Source: Bacillus safensis
Lineage (GTDB): Bacteria > Bacillota > Bacilli > Bacillales > Bacillaceae
Length of the DNA: 40,000 bases
NCBI GenBank assembly: GCA_030159235.1
Contig: BSBG01000008.1
Coordinates: 8,737 to 48,736, forward strand
Direction of reading: 5' to 3'
The notes under the pieces are model-generated. The model was not told the DNA's origin, did not search any database, and saw nothing but the letters and a program-made list of their open reading frames with translations. This document shows positions 34,534-40,000 of the stretch, piece after piece. Each line of letters opens with the position of its first letter. Position 1 is the first letter of the stretch. A program made the position numbers and the translations under genes.

Positions 34534-36525
34534 TTATTCGCTAATCTTGAATTTTTTAATTAAATCACGTAATTCTTCCGCCATTTGGGAAAGAGTCGTC
34601 GATGAAGAACTAATCTCTTCCATAGAGGCAAGCTGCTCTTCAGCAGATGCGGCGATATCTTGGATGCTAGCTGAACTCTCTCTCGATACATCGGCAATTT
34701 CATTCACTGCTTTAGAAATTTGCTCAGATCCTTTTGAAAGCTCACGTACCGTTGTATTCATTTCATTCATTTTTGATGCGATTTCCGCTGTTTGCTCATT
34801 TATTTGTGAGAAGCTTTCTTTCGTTTGATCTGTAATTGTAAGACCATTCTTTACTTCTTCATTGACTGATTTGAACATATTTTGAGATGTTTCGATTTCA
34901 GATACGATTTCTTTCACAAGCTTTTCAATCTCTTTTGCTGAATCGGATGATTGAACCGCTAGTTTACGTACCTCTTCTGCAACAACAGAGAATCCTCTGC
35001 CTGAGTCGCCTGCGCGTGCGGCTTCAATGGCGGCATTCAGTGCAAGTAAATTCGTTTGATCCGCAATGCCGTTAATGACACCTAGGATGTTTGTGATATC
35101 TTTTGATTTATGCTCAAGCCCATTGATCACGCCTTCAGCTTCTTTCACTGAATGGTCGATCGTCTTCATTTGGCCGACGGTTTGCTCTACAAGCTGTCCG
35201 CCTGTTTCCGCGACTGTTTTTGATTGTACAGATGACGCTGTGATGACATCAGACGTTTCTGCAACTTCGTTCAGTCCTTCATTCATTTGCTTTAAATGAA
35301 TCGCACTTTGTTCCACCATTTCGCTTTGATTTTCGTTACCATTTGAGAATGTTTCGATAGATGATGTAATATGTTCAGTTGCTTTTGTTGTTTGTCCTGC
35401 GCTTGCCGTCAGTTCTTCAGATGATGAAGCCACATTCTCAACAGATGTTTGTACAGCTTGAATCACATCTCTTAGGGACTCACTCATTTCATTAAAGCTT
35501 GTGCCAAGCTGTCCAATTTCATCTTTTGACCGAACATCAATTTTTTCTGTCAAATCTCCATCACTAATCTTCTTCGAAGAAGAGACAAGCATAGAAAGTG
35601 GTTTTGTAATGGAACGGATAATAAAGAAAATGAGAATACCGCCAATGATGAGTGCGCCGGCTAAAATGGCGGCTGCCATGTTAAAGACTGGCTGTGCAGC
35701 AACTTCTACTTCACTGACAAACATCGTACCGGCAATCTTCCAGCCAGTCGCCTTGTTTGTGGTGAACTCCATTTGCTTTTCTTTTCCTTCAAACATGTAA
35801 CTCATAGATCCTTTATCTTGTGAATACAGCTTCTGTAACCATTCACCACCAGATAATTTTGTCCCCGCTTTTTTCTTTGGATGTGCCACATATGTGCGAT
35901 CTGGACTTGAAATAAAGGCATAGCCTTGTTTCCCAATATTAATGCTATTGGACTCTTTTACGAGATTCGCAATGTCTAGGTTCATCGCAATAACGCCTGA
36001 TCCATCTTCTAGTTTTTTAGAGATTGTGATCACAAGCGTACCAGTTGATGCCGTTGGATATGGTGCTGAAATGGACAGTTCACCATTTTTCGCCCAGCCG
36101 TCTTTATACCAATCCCTCTCAGTGGCAACATAACCTGCAGGCATTTTTTGATTAGGATATCTCGAAAACACTTTGCCATCACTTGAAGCGACAAAAATGC
36201 CTTCTGTGTCATCATTCATACTCATAAACTGCTCAAAACGTCCTTGAATATCGATCGTTCCTTTTTGTTTGAGCTTTTTCTCTGTGATCCATTGACTAAA
36301 GAAATTGGCTGCGTCTGTTTTCACTTTCACAACATTCGTAATATTTTTATCTAGCTGCTCTACGTTTTCCTTTGCGCTTTGCATAATTTGATCATTCAAA
36401 GAGGTACTTGCTGTTTGATATGATGAGAATGCCAATACAATGATTGGACATAAAAGAATAAATAAGAAAGAGAATACGAGCTTTTTTGATATAGATGGCT
36501 TTCTGAAATACTGTATAAATTTCAT
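34534..36525 (-). CDS. Methyl-accepting chemotaxis protein (dCache-type sensor, HAMP, MCP signalling domain)
   Basis: 663 aa. N-terminal TM, periplasmic sensor, second TM, HAMP (ITKPL..L......I..GDLT..I), and a highly conserved hairpin tip [36 protein letters not shown]. Confidence 0.92.
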   Translation of the reverse strand: MKFIQYFRKPSISKKLVFSFLFILLCPIIVLAFSSYQTASTSLNDQIMQSAKENVEQLDKNITNVVKVKTDAANFFSQWITEKKLKQKGTIDIQGRFEQFMSMNDDTEGIFVASSDGKVFSRYPNQKMPAGYVATERDWYKDGWAKNGELSISAPYPTASTGTLVITISKKLEDGSGVIAMNLDIANLVKESNSINIGKQGYAFISSPDRTYVAHPKKKAGTKLSGGEWLQKLYSQDKGSMSYMFEGKEKQMEFTTNKATGWKIAGTMFVSEVEVAAQPVFNMAAAILAGALIIGGILIFFIIRSITKPLSMLVSSSKKISDGDLTEKIDVRSKDEIGQLGTSFNEMSESLRDVIQAVQTSVENVASSSEELTASAGQTTKATEHITSSIETFSNGNENQSEMVEQSAIHLKQMNEGLNEVAETSDVITASSVQSKTVAETGGQLVEQTVGQMKTIDHSVKEAEGVINGLEHKSKDITNILGVINGIADQTNLLALNAAIEAARAGDSGRGFSVVAEEVRKLAVQSSDSAKEIEKLVKEIVSEIETSQNMFKSVNEEVKNGLTITDQTKESFSQINEQTAEIASKMNEMNTTVRELSKGSEQISKAVNEIADVSRESSASIQDIAASAEEQLASMEEISSSSTTLSQMAEELRDLIKKFKISE

Positions 36526-36644
36526 AGAAAAGAAAACTCCTTTTAGTAAGATAGTACATATATCGGAAGTACTACTATGTTCTTTACTTTTTTAACTTAT
36601 TAAAGTGCAAATAAGCCCAAAATACCCAATTTATATGCATTGAA

Positions 36645-36679
36645 TGGAAAAACACCTGACGTTTTTGCGTCAGGTGTTT
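36645..36679 (-). terminator. Intrinsic terminator after the second MCP gene
   Basis: Minus strand: AAACACCUGACG-CAAAAA-CGUCAGGUGUUU, then UUCC. Confidence 0.75.
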
Positions 36680-36690
36680 CACTGTATCTC

Positions 36691-38670
36691 TTACATTTTA
36701 AACTGTTTAATGAGCTCTCTTAGTTCTTCTGCCATGTCGGATAAAGTGGCAGAGGATGAACTGATCTCTTCCATAGATGCCAGCTGTTCTTCTGCTGAAG
36801 CCGCGATATCTTGGAAGCCTGCTGAGCTTTCTCTTGAGAGCTCTTTGATTTGATTCACCGCATGTGAAATATCGTTTGAGCCATGCGATAGCTCTTTGGC
36901 TGATCCATTCATTTGTTTCATTTGTTCCGTCATTTCTGATGTTTTATCAGTGATTTTCTCAAAACTCACTTTCGTTTCATCTGTAATGTTTAAACCAGAT
37001 TGTACTTCTCCTGCTACTTGTTTAAACATTTTCTGCGATTTTTCTATTTCCTCCACAATTTCGTTCGTCAGGCTTTCAATTTCTTTTGAAGAGCTTCCTG
37101 ACTGCTCTGCCAGCTTGCGGACTTCTTCTGCTACAACAGAGAAGCCTCTGCCTGCTTCACCAGCTCGTGCGGCTTCTATCGCAGCATTTAAAGCAAGGAG
37201 ATTCGTTTGATCTGCTATGCCGTTGATGACACCCAAAATATTTGTAATATCCTTTGATTTCTGCTCTAAGCCTGCAATGACAAGCTCGGCTTCTTTAACT
37301 GCCTGTTCAATGGTTTGCATTTGTCCAGCAGTTTTTTGAACGAGCTCTCCTCCAGCCTGAGCGGTTTTGCTCGATTCGATCGACGATTCCATCATATGAG
37401 AGGTCGTGTCGACCATATGCGATAAGCTGCGATCCATTTCGTTTAACTGGACTGAGCTTTTTTCGATCATATCATTTTGATGCTCAGTGCTGTTTGAGAA
37501 CTGTTCAATAGATGACGTAATATGCTCGGTTGCTTGGGCTGTTTGTCCCGCACTTGCTGTTAACTCTTCAGAAGAGGCAGCCACATTTTCAATTGAATTC
37601 TGAACAGCTTGAATGACTTGTTTTAGTTTTGCTGACATGTCGTTAAAACTCTGCGCAAGCTTACCGATTTCATCGTGTGTACGAACTTTAATATGCTGGG
37701 TCAGATCACCCTGACTGATTTTCTCAGCCGATTCAGAGAGCTCTATCAGTGGCTTTCGAATCGATTTAATAATAAAATAAATCGCGATTCCGCCAATAAC
37801 AATCGCAGCCGCAAGGATGATCATTGTTAAGTCAAGCACTGGCTTTGCGGCTTCTTTTATTTCATTAACGTACATCGTTCCAGCAAGCTTCCAGCCTGTA
37901 GCTTCATTTGTTTCAAAAAACATTTGCTTCGGCTGACCATTGTATTCATATTCAAAGCTGCCTTCTTTTTTATCATACAGTTTCGTGATGAAGTCACCGG
38001 TCAGTTTTGTCCCGGGCTTATCGGTTTTATGGGCAACATAAAGCTGATCTGAGGTGGCGACAAACGCATAGCCTTCTTGTCCAATTTTGATGCTTTTTGT
38101 ATCTTTCACGACCGTATTCAATCGAACATTCATCCCAATGACTCCAGATCCATCCGCTAACTGTTCTGATATTGTGATGAGCAGGTCATCAGATGACTTG
38201 TCGACAAATGGATCTGAGATGATGAGTTTTTTATCCTCCATCGATTGCTGAAACCATGGTTCATTTTTTGTGATCTTTGCACTATTACCTTTATGGAGCT
38301 CGGAGTATTCAGTTAGTTGACCATTTTGATCTGCAATAAATACTTCCACCACATCGTCATCTGTTTCCGACAGCTGTTCTAATTTTACCCTAAGTAAATT
38401 TTTGTTTTTTGTAGACAATTCATCTTTTTTTACCGATTTGGCTAAGTATGAAACAATGTCCATTTTAGGATGTATATCTTTATTAATGAGTTCGTTTAAT
38501 TGTTGAACACCATTTGCAGCACTAGACATAATTTCATCATTAAGAGACTTTGATGCCACTTCATAAGAAAATGCTGCCAGTACGAGAATTGGCACTAGGA
38601 GAATCGCTAAGAATGCAGTAATTAATTTCTTCGACATCGTAAAGTGTTTAAAAAAGTTGATTTTTTTCAT
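36691..38670 (-). CDS. Methyl-accepting chemotaxis protein (paralog 2)
   Basis: 659 aa, the same architecture and tip motif as above. The sensor domain is diverged. Confidence 0.92.
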   Translation of the reverse strand: MKKINFFKHFTMSKKLITAFLAILLVPILVLAAFSYEVASKSLNDEIMSSAANGVQQLNELINKDIHPKMDIVSYLAKSVKKDELSTKNKNLLRVKLEQLSETDDDVVEVFIADQNGQLTEYSELHKGNSAKITKNEPWFQQSMEDKKLIISDPFVDKSSDDLLITISEQLADGSGVIGMNVRLNTVVKDTKSIKIGQEGYAFVATSDQLYVAHKTDKPGTKLTGDFITKLYDKKEGSFEYEYNGQPKQMFFETNEATGWKLAGTMYVNEIKEAAKPVLDLTMIILAAAIVIGGIAIYFIIKSIRKPLIELSESAEKISQGDLTQHIKVRTHDEIGKLAQSFNDMSAKLKQVIQAVQNSIENVAASSEELTASAGQTAQATEHITSSIEQFSNSTEHQNDMIEKSSVQLNEMDRSLSHMVDTTSHMMESSIESSKTAQAGGELVQKTAGQMQTIEQAVKEAELVIAGLEQKSKDITNILGVINGIADQTNLLALNAAIEAARAGEAGRGFSVVAEEVRKLAEQSGSSSKEIESLTNEIVEEIEKSQKMFKQVAGEVQSGLNITDETKVSFEKITDKTSEMTEQMKQMNGSAKELSHGSNDISHAVNQIKELSRESSAGFQDIAASAEEQLASMEEISSSSATLSDMAEELRELIKQFKM

Positions 38671-38814
38671 GACTCTACTCCTTTTGATTTATGATTTATG
38701 ATTTGTGATCTTCCTCTTCTATTCTTAGGTAATATGAATTATTTTTCAAGGAATAATGTTCAAAAACACACAAAAATAAGCATATTTACCCATTTCTTTT
38801 GGTGTATACAAACG

Positions 38815-38843
38815 AAAAAGAGCCTCTAGCTGGAGGCTCTTTT
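38815..38843 (-). terminator. Intrinsic terminator after the third MCP gene
   Basis: Minus strand: AAGAGCCUC-CAGCUA-GAGGCUCUU, then UUUCGUUUG. Confidence 0.75.
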
Positions 38844-38851
38844 CATCATGT

Positions 38852-40000
38852 CTATTCGACCTTAAATTTGCTAATTAAATCACGTAATTCTTCTGCCATA
38901 GAAGAGAGTGTGGCAGAGGACGAGCTGATTTCTTCCATTGATGCCAGTTGTTCTTCTGCTGAAGCGGCAATGTCTTGAATGTTTGCAGAGCTTTCACGTG
39001 ATACGTCTGCAATCTCTCGGACAGCCTCTGACACATGTGCAGAGCCATTTGAAAGCTGGACAACGGTTTGATTCATCGTTTGGAGCTGGTCAGATATTTC
39101 TTTTGTCATGTCGAAAATATTGTGGAAGCTTACTTTCGTTTGTTCAGTGAAGCTTAAGCCTGATTGTACTTCTCGATTAACCGCAGTGAATACTTCCTGT
39201 GATACATCGATGTCCTGCACGATTTCGTTGATTAGATTCTCAATTTCTTTTGCCGAGTTGGCAGATTGGACCGCAAGTTTCCTTACTTCTTCTGCTACAA
39301 CGGAGAAGCCTCTGCCAGATTCACCAGCTCTTGCTGCCTCAATCGCTGCATTTAGTGCAAGTAAATTCGTTTGATCGGCGATTCCATTGATGACACCAAG
39401 AATTTGAGTGATGTCTTTAGATTTACTTTCAAGCGCACTGATGACATTCTCTGCTTTTTTGACAGACTGATCAATGACGTTCATTTGAGATGCGGTTTTT
39501 TCAACAAGCTGTCCGCCTTCTCCTGCGATATCTGTTGATTTAATGGATGAAGCAGTAATAGATTCAGCCGATTCATTCATATGTTGAAGACCACGGTTCA
39601 TTTCCTCTAACTCTTCTGAGCTCAATTCGACTTTATCATTTTGACTTTCATTTCCACTGGAGAATTGTTCAATGGCTAGTGTAATATGCTCTGTTGCTTT
39701 ACTTGTTTGTCCTGCACTGGCAGTCAGTTCTTCTGATGAAGATGCGACATTTTCGACTGAAGCTTGAACGGCTCCAATGAGGGATCGTAATGAGTCAATC
39801 ATCGCATTAAAGCCTTTACCAACTTGTCCAATTTCATCATCTGATTGGATCTGAAGCTTATCGCGTAAATCACCTTCGCTAACTTTTTTCGAGAAGCGGG
39901 CAAGATTGGATAATCTTTTTGAAATAGAGCGGACGATAAAGAAGATGAGGGTCCCTGCTACAATGAGTGTGATACTGAACACAATAATGGCTGTATGGAA
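38852..40000 (-). CDS. Methyl-accepting chemotaxis protein (paralog 3), 5' part outside the window
   Basis: The ORF is open to the window end. The visible part covers TM2, HAMP and the signalling domain, with the same tip motif. Confidence 0.88.
   Translation of the reverse strand, partial: FHTAIIVFSITLIVAGTLIFFIVRSISKRLSNLARFSKKVSEGDLRDKLQIQSDDEIGQVGKGFNAMIDSLRSLIGAVQASVENVASSSEELTASAGQTSKATEHITLAIEQFSSGNESQNDKVELSSEELEEMNRGLQHMNESAESITASSIKSTDIAGEGGQLVEKTASQMNVIDQSVKKAENVISALESKSKDITQILGVINGIADQTNLLALNAAIEAARAGESGRGFSVVAEEVRKLAVQSANSAKEIENLINEIVQDIDVSQEVFTAVNREVQSGLSFTEQTKVSFHNIFDMTKEISDQLQTMNQTVVQLSNGSAHVSEAVREIADVSRESSANIQDIAASAEEQLASMEEISSSSATLSSMAEELRDLISKFKVE

Overview
The window is a low-GC Firmicute (Bacillus-type) chromosome. 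Gene order and protein motifs match the B. subtilis PBSX element as I recall it, so this is probably a subtilis- or pumilus-group relative (inference).

Positions ~1-27.8 kb hold a nearly complete PBSX-like phage-like element, almost entirely on the minus strand. Its order, right to left, is:
- an xre / cro-like switch and a very small early region (xtrA, xpf late sigma-like factor)
- terminase small and large subunits, portal, XkdF protease/scaffold, capsid and head-tail connectors
- sheath and tube
- a 515-bp non-coding island
- tail chaperone with a -1 frameshift extension, and a 1360-aa tape measure
- LysM protein and baseplate (XkdQ/R/S/T/U)
- a stand-alone tail-collar domain protein
- three paralogous fibre / receptor-binding genes with two chaperone sets
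- a lysis cassette (BhlA-like, XhlB holin, XlyA amidase)

No integrase, replication genes or ImmA-type protease are present in the window.

Positions 27.8-40 kb are ordinary host genes: a small secreted protein, an orphan bioB with a perfect BirA-type operator, yvgO-like, uppP, an AI-2E transporter, a decayed membrane-protein pseudogene, a Gfo/Idh/MocA oxidoreductase, a DJ-1/PfpI protein, and three tandem methyl-accepting chemotaxis proteins (the last cut by the window end).

The most interesting observations are:
1. A type I toxin-antitoxin island lies between the tail tube and chaperone genes. It has a 27-aa holin-like toxin peptide and a convergent antisense RNA, with strand-specific terminators. 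It also places two sense-strand terminators inside the late operon.
2. A multi-fibre locus has three receptor-binding proteins that share one N-terminal docking motif. One of them has no canonical start codon.
3. A strong intrinsic terminator sits in the leader of xpf, with no room for a promoter after it.
4. The tail chaperone ends in a canonical A_AAA_AAC -1 frameshift site.

All homology statements come from memory of these families and from reading motifs; nothing was searched. Ends of RNA and regulatory features are approximate.
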